This document shows, in pieces, positions 18,141 through 27,556 of a stretch of DNA of 58,896 nt. The position numbers and the translations under genes were made by a program. Position 1 is the stretch's first letter; each line of letters starts with the position of its first letter. The stretch covers positions 1 to 58,896 of the forward strand of contig CAZTEU010000004.1 in NCBI GenBank assembly GCA_964612105.1. The letters run 5' to 3'. Origin of the DNA: an uncultured Gammaproteobacteria bacterium (GTDB lineage Bacteria; Patescibacteriota; Patescibacteriia; Magasanikbacterales; UBA922). The notes under the pieces were generated by a model. The model made no database searches. It was not told the DNA's origin and worked only from the letters and a program-made list of their open reading frames with translations.

Positions 18141-18680
18141 CTATGTTGCTTTCAAAGTAGGTACTGTTCCAGATCCTGTCTGTTGTGATAGTTGCTGAAT
18201 TACGAAGTACGCAATTGCCCAAGCGGAAAGGATAATAGCCAAACCGATTATACCTTGGAAAATACGCTTTCGTGCTTCTGTAACTTTCTCTTCGTTACCT
18301 CCAGCAGTCATCCATTGGAAACCACCGATTAAGATAACTACTACAGCCACGATACCAAGTAGACTTAATGCTACGTTAATAATACCTGTTGCTGTCTTTC
18401 TAAGATCTTTGCTTCCCAAACCAATATCATCTCCAACTGGTTTGATACCAAAAGTATCTGCTGCCTGACATACTCCGGATGAAGTTTGTGCAGAACAGAC
18501 ATCAGTAGATTTTGTACAGCTGTATGTTGTTTTTCCGTTAACTGTTTTAGCAATACATTTGGCTCCTGTGTCTCCATTTGCAGCATTTGTAGTCGCTGGA
18601 GTAAACACAAATACCATAGCTGCTGCTGCAATAATTGCTAGAAAAATCTTAGTGCGTGTCATTGTTAGTGTTGTGCTCAT
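18141..18680 (-). CDS. Probable major pilin
   Basis: GGFQWMTAGGNEEKVTEARK core; only array member with an extended SD (AAAGGGGGTGA); 4-Cys N-terminal insert. Confidence 0.85.
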   Translation of the reverse strand: MSTTLTMTRTKIFLAIIAAAAMVFVFTPATTNAANGDTGAKCIAKTVNGKTTYSCTKSTDVCSAQTSSGVCQAADTFGIKPVGDDIGLGSKDLRKTATGIINVALSLLGIVAVVVILIGGFQWMTAGGNEEKVTEARKRIFQGIIGLAIILSAWAIAYFVIQQLSQQTGSGTVPTLKAT

Positions 18681-18729
18681 GTGTTCACCCCCTTTCTTTG
18701 TAGGATTTTTTTCATATTGTTGTTCAATA

Positions 18730-19146
18730 TTATATCACACCAGTAAGTCCCAAAGCTTTCATAACTGTGCGTAGTATAGCATATGCTGAGAAAATGATGA
18801 ACACTCCAATCGTAGCCCAAACCATAATATCTTTTCCTTTTTTTACTCTCTCAGGACTGCCGGCACTTGTTAGCCACAAAAACCCTCCCACAACAAACGC
18901 AAGAAGTGTTAGAGACCCAATAATTCCAAGTGCTGTTTGTATAATTCCACCTAGAAGGACAGGAAACTCCGTAACTCCTTTTGCATCTGCTTTTACTTTT
19001 TTCTGGTCTGTTTCTGTAGACACCTTTCCACCAATTGGATTTACTAGATACACCTCCGTAGGCACTGCGTCTTGTGCGCTTACTACTGCAGGACTAATAG
19101 GAAGAACTAACAAAGCCATGATTCCAAGGGTAAGTATTGTTTTCAT
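18730..19146 (-). CDS. VirB2/TrbC-like pilin
   Basis: L.NPIG motif; GGFLWLTSAGSPERVKKGK...AYAI. Confidence 0.85.
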   Translation of the reverse strand: MKTILTLGIMALLVLPISPAVVSAQDAVPTEVYLVNPIGGKVSTETDQKKVKADAKGVTEFPVLLGGIIQTALGIIGSLTLLAFVVGGFLWLTSAGSPERVKKGKDIMVWATIGVFIIFSAYAILRTVMKALGLTGVI

Positions 19147-19147
19147 A

Positions 19148-20638
19148 TTATTTAGGTAAGTCTAATGTGCCAACAGCACGAAAGTCATCGCCCACACGGA
19201 GTGAGTCCAGAACAAAATCTGTGACTATATACGCACTAAAAGTAATTATTATCCCGATAATAGAAGCAACCAGAACAGCTTTCCCTTGCTTTATCCTTTC
19301 TTCCATTCCAAAGCCTGTAATCATTAAGAATCCTCCATACATGAAGAATGCAAAAGCAAACATTCCAACAAGAGTGAGGAGGGCATTACCAAGATTGATG
19401 AATAGCTCCACTAAATCATTAATATTGTCACAAGTACCAGAAAAAGCACAGTCTGGAAGTGGTCCCGCATACCCCTCTGGTTTTCCATACCTACTCTTTA
19501 GGTATTTCTCTGTTTGTTCTGTCAATAAAGCCTGCTGCTCTTCTGCTGTAAGTTCTGACTTTTTCTTACACTGCTTATCGAAATATGCACAATTGTTTGC
19601 TTCTATACACGCAGATTTACAATCAGCCTGATTTTGCTCTTTTGTACAGTCATAGTTTTTTATTTGATCCTTGCAATCAAAAGTTGCGATATTATACTGC
19701 TCCATTGTCATGCAGGATGATTTGTAGAACTTACAACCAACCATTGCACCACAAGCCTCCACTCCTTGTAAAGTAATGCACTCAGCACCCTCGCCAAGTA
19801 ACTTTACATTAAGTGTAAAAAGTGATGTTAGTTTTGATAAGCCCACTCTTCTAATATCAAAATTTACTGTATATGTTTGACCAATCTTATAAGAATCCTT
19901 TGAAAAATCCCACTCTATGTCAACCTCTATACTCTTCTGGTCGTCTGCAACAGGTTTTTGTAGGCACACCGCCCCATCATTTGTTACACATTTAATAGAT
20001 TGCAGTTTAGTTTCCCCTTCAGATGAAAACACAAGGGTCTTTTCAAACTTTTTCTTGGGGAACAACAAATTTGAATTGCTGATATCCCATTTTATTCCAC
20101 TTTTAGAGAAGCCGGCTCCCTGTTTTTTTGGATTAGGTTCACCAATATAGTATAAGTATAAATCCCCACCCGGTGGTTGCATCCTATATCTTACACGTTT
20201 TGAAGAAGGGAGTTGTTCTAGCGTACAAGTGAAACTCTTATGTGTTACAAACTCATATTTTAATTCTTTAGCTTTTGGGTCTATTGTAAACTCATCTGTC
20301 CAACCAGGAAGACAGCTCTTCCATTGTGGTACAGCCTCCTCCTCAGCCCAACTAGCCTCGAACAGTGTAACAGGAAGTAGTGGGTTTGCTATTTCTGCAA
20401 AAGATGCGCTGGTTGCGCCTTTGGGGAAAGCAATGCACGCCTCTGTTCCTGATTTTGGTTCTTTTCCGTTGGTGTTAGATTCTGTGCTCAGAACAAATAG
20501 GGCAAGTTTGTGTGTCTCTGGATTAATCTGAGGACAAGACAGATTATCTAATGACCATTTTGAATATGCACTACCACCAAAAACTCCAGATACCATTATT
20601 AGAGCCACAAATAATATGTATTTAGTAAAACGTCCCAT
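19148..20638 (-). CDS. Large secreted-domain protein with C-terminal pilin domain
   Basis: Signal peptide, about 380-aa variable region, then LPDCAFSGTC...YGGFLMITGFGMEERIKQGK...AY. Confidence 0.8.
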   Translation of the reverse strand: MGRFTKYILFVALIMVSGVFGGSAYSKWSLDNLSCPQINPETHKLALFVLSTESNTNGKEPKSGTEACIAFPKGATSASFAEIANPLLPVTLFEASWAEEEAVPQWKSCLPGWTDEFTIDPKAKELKYEFVTHKSFTCTLEQLPSSKRVRYRMQPPGGDLYLYYIGEPNPKKQGAGFSKSGIKWDISNSNLLFPKKKFEKTLVFSSEGETKLQSIKCVTNDGAVCLQKPVADDQKSIEVDIEWDFSKDSYKIGQTYTVNFDIRRVGLSKLTSLFTLNVKLLGEGAECITLQGVEACGAMVGCKFYKSSCMTMEQYNIATFDCKDQIKNYDCTKEQNQADCKSACIEANNCAYFDKQCKKKSELTAEEQQALLTEQTEKYLKSRYGKPEGYAGPLPDCAFSGTCDNINDLVELFINLGNALLTLVGMFAFAFFMYGGFLMITGFGMEERIKQGKAVLVASIIGIIITFSAYIVTDFVLDSLRVGDDFRAVGTLDLPK

Positions 20639-20640
20639 AA

Positions 20641-22011
20641 TTATAATGTTTGCTGTACTACAGCTGCAGCATTATTAATAATCGCTGCATCTCTTTGATA
20701 TGGGTCTACATCACCGTATGGTTCTAAGAACTGATCAATCATATTCCTCATTGCCTGCCCTGCTGTCTCAAAATCAAAACCTCTGTACCAATTCTCTGCC
20801 GTAAGTAATGTAATGGTGAAAGGTCCTAGTATTTTATCTTCTGCCTGCTCTGCCACCTGAGACCTTAGCGGAGTAAGTCTTCCTGTTGCTTTTGTGTATT
20901 CAGCAATCTTATCTGGAGTAGATATGAATCTTACAAAATCCCAAGCTGTGTTCTGATTTGTGGATTTAGCGACCACAGATTCTACCCAATAATTTGCAAC
21001 ATTCTTAGGGTCCCCTGGATTAAGTTGTGGCAAAGGAATTACACCTAAATTAATTTGAGGAGATCTTGCTTTAATTTCTCCTGCATCGAAAGCAAATCCA
21101 ATATAGAATGCTGTACGTCCATTAGCAAAAGCCTCTAGCGCATCTCCCTGACTTTCGTTCCAGCTATATGCTTCTTTAGTTGGCCTAGCAAAATCTGTAT
21201 AGAAGCGTAGTGTCTCTCTTGCTGGGTGCCCTTCTATATTCTGCTCTACTCCAGAAGAAAATGTCACAAAGCCGTCTTTAATAACAGGAATCCCATTTTG
21301 TAAAAATAGAGCAGAGATTATATCCGGTGAGTTGTTTATATTTTTACCTGTCCCAATAGCTATACCAGATTGCACAATATTTCCAAGTGCATCAAACTTT
21401 GTAACCTTTTTAACCACCTCTAGTAATTCTGACCATGTTGTTGGCGGTATAGCCACACCAGAACGATCTAATATATCCCTGTTATAGTAAACTGCCAGAG
21501 AGTCTACAGAAAGAGGAAGTCCATACACTTCGTTATCTCTTACAACATCACGACCTACTGTATTAATGAAAGCGCTTTTTACAACATCTGTATTTGGCAT
21601 CTCATTATTTAGTGTCTCCACAACAGTTTCTTTTGCATATTTTCCTTTTGTGACTAAACGAGATACGGACACAGCTGGTGGCATTATGGACAGGCGCCCT
21701 AAGTATCTTGGTAACCATCTTACATGCAGTGAGACTATGTCTGGTTGTACATCATCTGCAAGCGCATTAACAAAGAGTTCGTCAAATTCTCCATATCTCA
21801 CCTGACGCACATTAATCTGCACTTGTGGCCTTTCTTTCTGGTATTCCTCAGCAAATTTGTTCAGTATTGTTGTGTCATTAAAAACAGTCCAGTACTCCAA
21901 AGTCTCTGGTTGAACTGTCTGTATTTCTTCCTCCGAAAGACCCTTACAGCCAAGACCAGCCGTTATGAGTAATACTGCTATTATTCCTATTGAGAGAAGA
22001 GTTTTTTTCAT
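20641..22011 (-). CDS. Extracellular solute-binding lipoprotein (sugar-binding family 1)
   Basis: Lipobox GLGC; PDIV, YGLPLSVDSLAVYYNRD, PPTTWSEL, FANGRTA, AWDFVRF. Confidence 0.9.
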   Translation of the reverse strand: MKKTLLSIGIIAVLLITAGLGCKGLSEEEIQTVQPETLEYWTVFNDTTILNKFAEEYQKERPQVQINVRQVRYGEFDELFVNALADDVQPDIVSLHVRWLPRYLGRLSIMPPAVSVSRLVTKGKYAKETVVETLNNEMPNTDVVKSAFINTVGRDVVRDNEVYGLPLSVDSLAVYYNRDILDRSGVAIPPTTWSELLEVVKKVTKFDALGNIVQSGIAIGTGKNINNSPDIISALFLQNGIPVIKDGFVTFSSGVEQNIEGHPARETLRFYTDFARPTKEAYSWNESQGDALEAFANGRTAFYIGFAFDAGEIKARSPQINLGVIPLPQLNPGDPKNVANYWVESVVAKSTNQNTAWDFVRFISTPDKIAEYTKATGRLTPLRSQVAEQAEDKILGPFTITLLTAENWYRGFDFETAGQAMRNMIDQFLEPYGDVDPYQRDAAIINNAAAVVQQTL

Positions 22012-22036
22012 AATTAATGAGTGTTAATAGGTGTTT

Positions 22037-23200
22037 TTATTTGCATTTCCCAAGCTGCAGGTTTTCTATGTAGCCTCCACAGATATTAGAGACACACTGA
22101 TTATTATTCTTGCAACCTGCACCACCCAGGCCGTCAGAACAAAACAAGTCCTTACTGCCCAGTTTAGGATTACAAAATCCAGAAGCACACTGATCTGCTT
22201 TTTCACACCATATTCCAGCCCCACCATTAGAACACCTATAATCTGTTCCTCCGTTTGGAAGCTTGTATTTACTACAGAAACCACCGACACACTCGCTGTT
22301 GCTTTCACATACCTGCCCATGCGCTATCTTTCCACACTTACCGGCTGAATTACATAGCCCACTTTCACACTGATTTGGGTTGTTACATGGCTTTCCGTCT
22401 TTTAGCTTAACGTCTGGTGTTGGTGGGGCGTCTGGAACCACCGGTTTAGTTGTATCACTGTTTCCTGATGAACTACTGTTTACTTTTGGAGATGACACGC
22501 TAGATTCGAAAGGATCAAAAACCATGTCTACAATTGCGTAACTAGAAAATATTACAAACAATCCAGCAACAGTCCACACCAATACGTCTTTGGATTTACT
22601 TATACCCTCCTGATTCCCACTTGCAGAAGCTACCATGAAATATACTCCTCCAAATATTAGGAGAGCGAACACAACCGTACCCAACAGCCCCATTCCTGCC
22701 CGTATTATTCTTCCTATTAGCTTGGGTAATGTTGTTCCTTTTGGTAATTGGTTTAGGTTGTCTAGTTTTTCTGCCTGATTTATCGTAAGAGCAAAGCCTT
22801 TTCCTCCTGTTGGTTTTGTTGGCACTGGAGCGTCACTAAGCACCCACTCACAACTTACAGCAACAAGAGGGTTGAGCTTTGGATAATTTGCACATGCTTT
22901 GTCTCCACCAGCCTTAACCACTATTGCCTTGCCTTTCGGACTCTTGCAGCGACACTCATCCTCTGCTTTGGACATAACCTTTTCAGGGGTCCATGAACAT
23001 GTCTTAAATATAAGTGGTTTGGTTTTTGGAAGATTAATGCAGTCTTTTTCATTTGCAACCCCAGCAGCCACTGTGGACTTGTTAGCTGTGTCCACACAAC
23101 CACAAATACCTGCTGCTTGCACAGAAGCCGGAGCAAAAAATACAAAGCCTATTATAAATAAAGTAATTGGTAGCGTAATGAATGAAAGTCTTATCTTCAT
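22037..23200 (-). CDS. Pilin-domain protein with N- and C-terminal Cys-rich repeats
   Basis: Central pilin core (GGVYFM.SASGNQE.ISKSK...YAIV); four C-x5-C-x4-C repeats. Confidence 0.8.
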   Translation of the reverse strand: MKIRLSFITLPITLFIIGFVFFAPASVQAAGICGCVDTANKSTVAAGVANEKDCINLPKTKPLIFKTCSWTPEKVMSKAEDECRCKSPKGKAIVVKAGGDKACANYPKLNPLVAVSCEWVLSDAPVPTKPTGGKGFALTINQAEKLDNLNQLPKGTTLPKLIGRIIRAGMGLLGTVVFALLIFGGVYFMVASASGNQEGISKSKDVLVWTVAGLFVIFSSYAIVDMVFDPFESSVSSPKVNSSSSGNSDTTKPVVPDAPPTPDVKLKDGKPCNNPNQCESGLCNSAGKCGKIAHGQVCESNSECVGGFCSKYKLPNGGTDYRCSNGGAGIWCEKADQCASGFCNPKLGSKDLFCSDGLGGAGCKNNNQCVSNICGGYIENLQLGKCK

Positions 23201-23201
23201 A

Positions 23202-24074
23202 CTAAAATAAATTGGATATCTCTTTTTTCATCTCTTTATCTTTAATAGCAAAATGAAGAGCTGTTTTTAACAAAGCCACTTTGTTTCCCGTGTCAAAATA
23301 CCTACCTTCATATTCGTAGGCGTAGAACGGTTTTCTCCTTGCTAATTTATCTGCAGAATCAGACAACCACACCTCTCCGCTACGACCTGCTTTTTGTTTT
23401 TCTAAGATTGGCCAAATGTCTTTTGTAAAAATGTAGCGCATCCCTCCAACAATTAGTCCTTCTGGTGATACTTTCTTCACTTCTGGCTTCTCTACAAACT
23501 TGCTTACTTTGTATAACCCATTGTCTCCCGTGGGTTTACCAAAAACATTGCCGTATTTGGTCATTTCGTGTTTGTCACCAATTCTTTGCACTCCAATTAT
23601 TGGTGCATTTTTCTTTTCAAAGACTTTTAACAATTGTTTTGTTACAGGGGTTTTAGAGTCTATAATGCTGTCACCATCAGAAAAGGCAAAGGGCTCGTCT
23701 CCAATTATCTGGCGCGCACATAAGAGTGCGTCCCCATTTCCCAAAGCCTTGGATTGTCTTGTGTATATAAATCTAACCTTTTTAGCAAGACTTACTAGGT
23801 CTTTTATCTGATCGTATTTTCCTTTTTTCTTGAGATATTGCTCATAATCAAGATTACGATCAAAATGATCCTCAATTGCTCTCTTCTGAGAGCTCGTAAC
23901 AAAAATAATTTCTGTAATTCCACTACTTGCCATTTCTTCTACAATGTACTGCACTACCGGTTTATCTAGAACAGGCAACATTTCTTTTGGCATGGCTTTA
24001 GTTGCAGGCAAAAAACGTGTTCCGTGTCCTGCAACCGTAATCACCCCCTTGCGAACTGCTGGGATTTTTGACAT
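23202..24074 (-). CDS. galU: UTP--glucose-1-phosphate uridylyltransferase
   Basis: AGHGTRFLPATKAMPKEMLPVLDKP; start trimmed to MSKIP. Confidence 0.92.
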   Translation of the reverse strand: MSKIPAVRKGVITVAGHGTRFLPATKAMPKEMLPVLDKPVVQYIVEEMASSGITEIIFVTSSQKRAIEDHFDRNLDYEQYLKKKGKYDQIKDLVSLAKKVRFIYTRQSKALGNGDALLCARQIIGDEPFAFSDGDSIIDSKTPVTKQLLKVFEKKNAPIIGVQRIGDKHEMTKYGNVFGKPTGDNGLYKVSKFVEKPEVKKVSPEGLIVGGMRYIFTKDIWPILEKQKAGRSGEVWLSDSADKLARRKPFYAYEYEGRYFDTGNKVALLKTALHFAIKDKEMKKEISNLF

Positions 24075-24131
24075 AAGTGATTCAATTGTTAATGTACATA
24101 TTATAGCAGAGTTTTTGTTTTGTAACAAAAT

Positions 24132-24398
24132 AAAAAAACACCTGTTGGTGTTTATTATCTAAGATAAGTTCTGAGGCGGGCTGGACGATTTTGGATGATC
24201 AGAACATGAGACAAGTCTCGAGTGTGATAATCCTCACGTCCAGCGCCGCGCCCCCTTTTGTGTTGGGCTTGATATACAGGGGCCCCTGTGCGAAAATATG
24301 CTTTCTCCTATGTGCCCACCGAAGTGGGGTCAAGATGGTGAGGCGTATAGCCTCTTTGGCGTCATGCGTGGCGCGAGCGGGCTCGCGACAAAAGCAGT
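24132..24398 (-). ncRNA. Candidate structured ncRNA (about 265 nt), family unknown
   Basis: TTGACA-17-AATAAT promoter, at least six stems including a C(UUCG)G loop, own terminator; GC-rich; no convincing ORF. Confidence 0.5.
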
Positions 24399-24477
24399 GC
24401 AAGAATTATTTCATGCCAGTGTGTATTTGTCAAAAAACCCCACTCTTTCAAGTGGGGTTCTCTTAATTTGCTTGTGT

Positions 24478-24699
24478 TTACTTTGGAGCAAAAGGAATCA
24501 AGCCTGCAATGCGTGCCTGCTTAATAGCTTTTGATACTTTGCGCTGGTATGTAGCGGAAAGTCCTGTCTTACGTCTTGGCAAAATCTTGTTGTATGAGGA
24601 CATAAACTTGCGAAGTAGTTCCACTTCTTTATAATCCACATCACGTATATCATTTGCAAGAAAGTAACACTGTTTTTTCTTGGTTTTCTTGTTTGCCAT
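24478..24699 (-). CDS. rpsR: 30S ribosomal protein S18
   Basis: VDYK...LLRKF...KILPRR.TG...QR....AIK.AR...L.PF. Confidence 0.97.
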   Translation of the reverse strand: MANKKTKKKQCYFLANDIRDVDYKEVELLRKFMSSYNKILPRRKTGLSATYQRKVSKAIKQARIAGLIPFAPK

Positions 24700-24701
24700 A
24701 T

Positions 24702-25130
24702 TTAGAATGGTATATCATCTACGTTAATTTCTTCGTCTGCTTGTATGGTTGGGAGTTGTTCGCCCTGCTGTACTGGTGCTGATGCTTTTCCACCAGAACC
24801 TCTTGGTCCGTCCAGCATTATCATGTCTTTTGCAATGATTTCTGTACGATATCTTTTTACGCCATCCTGACCATCCCAGCTACGAGTTTCTATACGCCCT
24901 TCTACAAAGACTCTTTGTCCTTTTACTAGGTATTGTCCAGCTATTTCTCCTAACTTTCCCCAGAGAACACAATTGTGAAACTCAGACTTCTCTTGTCTGT
25001 TTCCTGCCTGGTCTTTCCAACCATAACTTGTTGCGACTGTCATGTTTGCTACAGTTTTTCCAGACGGTGTTGTTTTTAGTTCTGGGTCACGAGTTAATCG
25101 TCCGAGAACACTTGCGCGATTTAGGTCCAT
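24702..25130 (-). CDS. ssb: Single-stranded DNA-binding protein
   Basis: [22 protein letters not shown]-terminal DDIPF. Confidence 0.98.
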   Translation of the reverse strand: MDLNRASVLGRLTRDPELKTTPSGKTVANMTVATSYGWKDQAGNRQEKSEFHNCVLWGKLGEIAGQYLVKGQRVFVEGRIETRSWDGQDGVKRYRTEIIAKDMIMLDGPRGSGGKASAPVQQGEQLPTIQADEEINVDDIPF

Positions 25131-25165
25131 ATTTTTGGTGTTTAATAATTACGCAACGACATCAC

Positions 25166-25759
25166 TTATACGTTCTCAAGAGTCTTGTCTAGAATCTCAT
25201 CAAGTTGCTTGTCTAACTGTTCTATTGTAGAAGCTTTTGGCTGTTCTGTGGTCTTCTCTTCTTTGACCACTTCTTCTGCCTTGGTCTCTGCAACCTCTTC
25301 TGTTGGTTTTACCTCTTCCTTACTTTCTTTAACCTCTTCTACTTTTTTTGGTTCTGAGACAGCTTCTGGTTTTTGCAAGTTTTTTACAGTAGCTTTTTCC
25401 GAAGCTTCCTTTTTTTGCTTTACTTGCTGTACTTGCGCACGCTCAATAGCCTTTTGCATCTTTGCTCTTTTTTCCGGATTGAATATGGAAATAATAGCAC
25501 GCAAGAGTTGGCGGTCAAGACGTAGTTTTTCTTGAATTCCGGAAATTTGATCCGGTTCTGCTACAAAGTCAAAGCGGTAAAAGTATCCATAGCGGATATG
25601 CTTTATTGGATACGCTAGGCGGGCTTTGCCTCTGTCTTCTTTTTGTATGTTTTCTACGCCTGCTTCCTGCAGTACTTTTTCCACACCATCCACCAAAGAT
25701 GGTAGATCTGCTTCTGCCAGAGTTCCAGGAAGGACGCAGAGGAGTTCGTAATTCTTCAT
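25166..25759 (-). CDS. rpsF: 30S ribosomal protein S6 with long charged C-terminal extension
   Basis: MKNYEL...G.ARLAYPIK...GY; rpsF-ssb-rpsR synteny. Confidence 0.95.
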   Translation of the reverse strand: MKNYELLCVLPGTLAEADLPSLVDGVEKVLQEAGVENIQKEDRGKARLAYPIKHIRYGYFYRFDFVAEPDQISGIQEKLRLDRQLLRAIISIFNPEKRAKMQKAIERAQVQQVKQKKEASEKATVKNLQKPEAVSEPKKVEEVKESKEEVKPTEEVAETKAEEVVKEEKTTEQPKASTIEQLDKQLDEILDKTLENV

Positions 25760-25771
25760 AATTAATCTATT

Positions 25772-25814
25772 TCACTACCCCCCAACGTCCGGACCGACCT
25801 CCGAACAATAGTGA
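25772..25814 (-). promoter_or_regulatory. Structured rpsF leader (possible S6:S18 autoregulatory element)
   Basis: Minus strand TCACTAT...GTTCGGA-loop-TCCGGAC...GTAGTGA nested stems, downstream of a TTGACA...TACACT promoter. Confidence 0.45.
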
Positions 25815-25959
25815 TTACGTTGTTTATATAATGTAATAAGCCAGAATAGTGTAGCAATTGTCCAGTGATTTGTCAAGATATGGCTAAAAGTAAACTTTTT
25901 GTTTACTTTTAAGGAAAAACAGACGGAATAGCCGTCTGTTTTTTCTATATTCTTTTAAA

Positions 25960-26346
25960 TTAGTTATTCGCCCTGTCGTACTCACCAAGAACATACACTC
26001 CTGGCTTCCAATACTCATTTCCATAACTTCTCCCTTCTGTAGTTAGGTCACCATTTACAGGGTCTACAACAACTTCAGATCCTGCCTGAGGAACAACAAC
26101 CAAATATGCCCCCGCCTCCGCGTCTGCAAGATTCATAAGCATAAGACTCTCACCTGTTGCTGTAACAGTAAACTGTTTATCACTAGCTCCCATTACAGTT
26201 GTTTTTGTTGAGGCTATGTCATAAGAAGAACCTACTGCTGGAATATCTTTTACTTCTGTTGCGGGTTTGTTTATGTTTGTACTAACACTACATCCAGAAA
26301 GAAGGAGTGTAATTACTAGGGTGGTTGCTATTTTTCCAAAACTCAT
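25960..26346 (-). CDS. Hypothetical lipoprotein
   Basis: Lipobox LSGC. Confidence 0.75.
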   Translation of the reverse strand: MSFGKIATTLVITLLLSGCSVSTNINKPATEVKDIPAVGSSYDIASTKTTVMGASDKQFTVTATGESLMLMNLADAEAGAYLVVVPQAGSEVVVDPVNGDLTTEGRSYGNEYWKPGVYVLGEYDRANN

Positions 26347-26424
26347 ATTATATGTATTATGTTAATGAATAGATTATACCAAATATTTAACAACCATTGA
26401 ATTAGTTTCTAATTGTGGTAGTAT

Positions 26425-27510
26425 ATGCCCAGTATGCTTTCTATAGGAATAGTCGGACTGCCGAATGTTGGTAAATCAACGCTTTTCAATGCGCTAACCA
26501 AATCCAAACAGGCAGACGCTCAAAATTACCCTTTCTGCACCATAGAACCAAATGTTGGTGTTGTTGAGGTTCCAGATGAAAGGCTGACTCCACTTGCTGA
26601 GGTATCCAAGTCTCAGAAAATAATTCCTACTGCGATAGAGTTTACAGATATTGCAGGCATAGTTAAGGGAGCTTCAGAAGGAGAGGGCTTGGGAAACAAA
26701 TTCCTCTCTCACATTCGCGAGGTGGATGCAATTGTGCAGGTAGTTCGTGCTTTCGAAGATGGAAAGGTAACTCATGTGCACAACAAAGTGGACCCAAAGG
26801 AAGATGCAGACGTTATAAATTTAGAATTGGTGCTTGCAGATTGGCAAACAGTTAGCAAAAGGCTTGCAAATGTAAAATCCAAAGCAAAAGGAATTGCTGC
26901 AAAAGAGTTCGTGGGCGAAATTACACTTTTAGAAAAAGTAAATTCGCATTTAGAAGCATCTAAACCAGCGCGTACCCTAGATTACACAGAAGAAGAGTTG
27001 TTAATAATGCGTGACCTGCACCTGCTCACAATGAAACCTATAATGTATGTAATAAATACAGATGAGCTTCCAAGCGAGAATCAGAAAAAATTAATTGTAG
27101 AAGATAACACTCCTCATATATATATTTCCGCAAAGCTGGAAGCTGAGCTCGTAGAATTATCTGATGAAGAAGCAAAGGAGTATATGAATGAGCTTGGAAT
27201 GGAGCAAACAGGGCTCGACAAAATGATTACTGCAGGATACAAATTATTAAACTTGATTACTTTTTTAACTTCCGGAGAACCAGAGACAAGGGCTTGGACA
27301 TGCAAAGCTGGTACGCTTGGTCCAGATGCAGCGGGAGTAATTCACACGGATTTTATAAAAGGATATATTAAAGCGGATGTTGCGAATTGGAACGACTTTG
27401 TAGAATTAGGCGGTTGGAGCGGAGTGAAAGAATCCGGGAAAATGAAACTTGTAGGAAAAGATTATGAAGTGCAGGATGGAGATGTTTGCTACTTCCATGT
27501 GGCGACATAA
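26425..27510 (+). CDS. ychF: Redox-regulated ATPase YchF
   Basis: [44 protein letters not shown] domain. Confidence 0.98.
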   Translation: MPSMLSIGIVGLPNVGKSTLFNALTKSKQADAQNYPFCTIEPNVGVVEVPDERLTPLAEVSKSQKIIPTAIEFTDIAGIVKGASEGEGLGNKFLSHIREVDAIVQVVRAFEDGKVTHVHNKVDPKEDADVINLELVLADWQTVSKRLANVKSKAKGIAAKEFVGEITLLEKVNSHLEASKPARTLDYTEEELLIMRDLHLLTMKPIMYVINTDELPSENQKKLIVEDNTPHIYISAKLEAELVELSDEEAKEYMNELGMEQTGLDKMITAGYKLLNLITFLTSGEPETRAWTCKAGTLGPDAAGVIHTDFIKGYIKADVANWNDFVELGGWSGVKESGKMKLVGKDYEVQDGDVCYFHVAT

Positions 27511-27556
27511 TGTATAAATGAGCAAACAAAAAAACACCTTTCCGGTGTTTTTTCTA

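Noticed and set aside
12835-23200. Type IV (Tfp) pilins or a DGR-diversified array
   Set aside because: There is no class III G|FxxxE prepilin motif, no reverse transcriptase, and no visible template/variable repeat pair differing at adenines.
24199-24402. 67-aa ORF (and overlapping plus-strand ORFs) as genes
   Set aside because: The TTG start lies at or before the predicted transcription start with no SD, and dense hairpins explain the region better.
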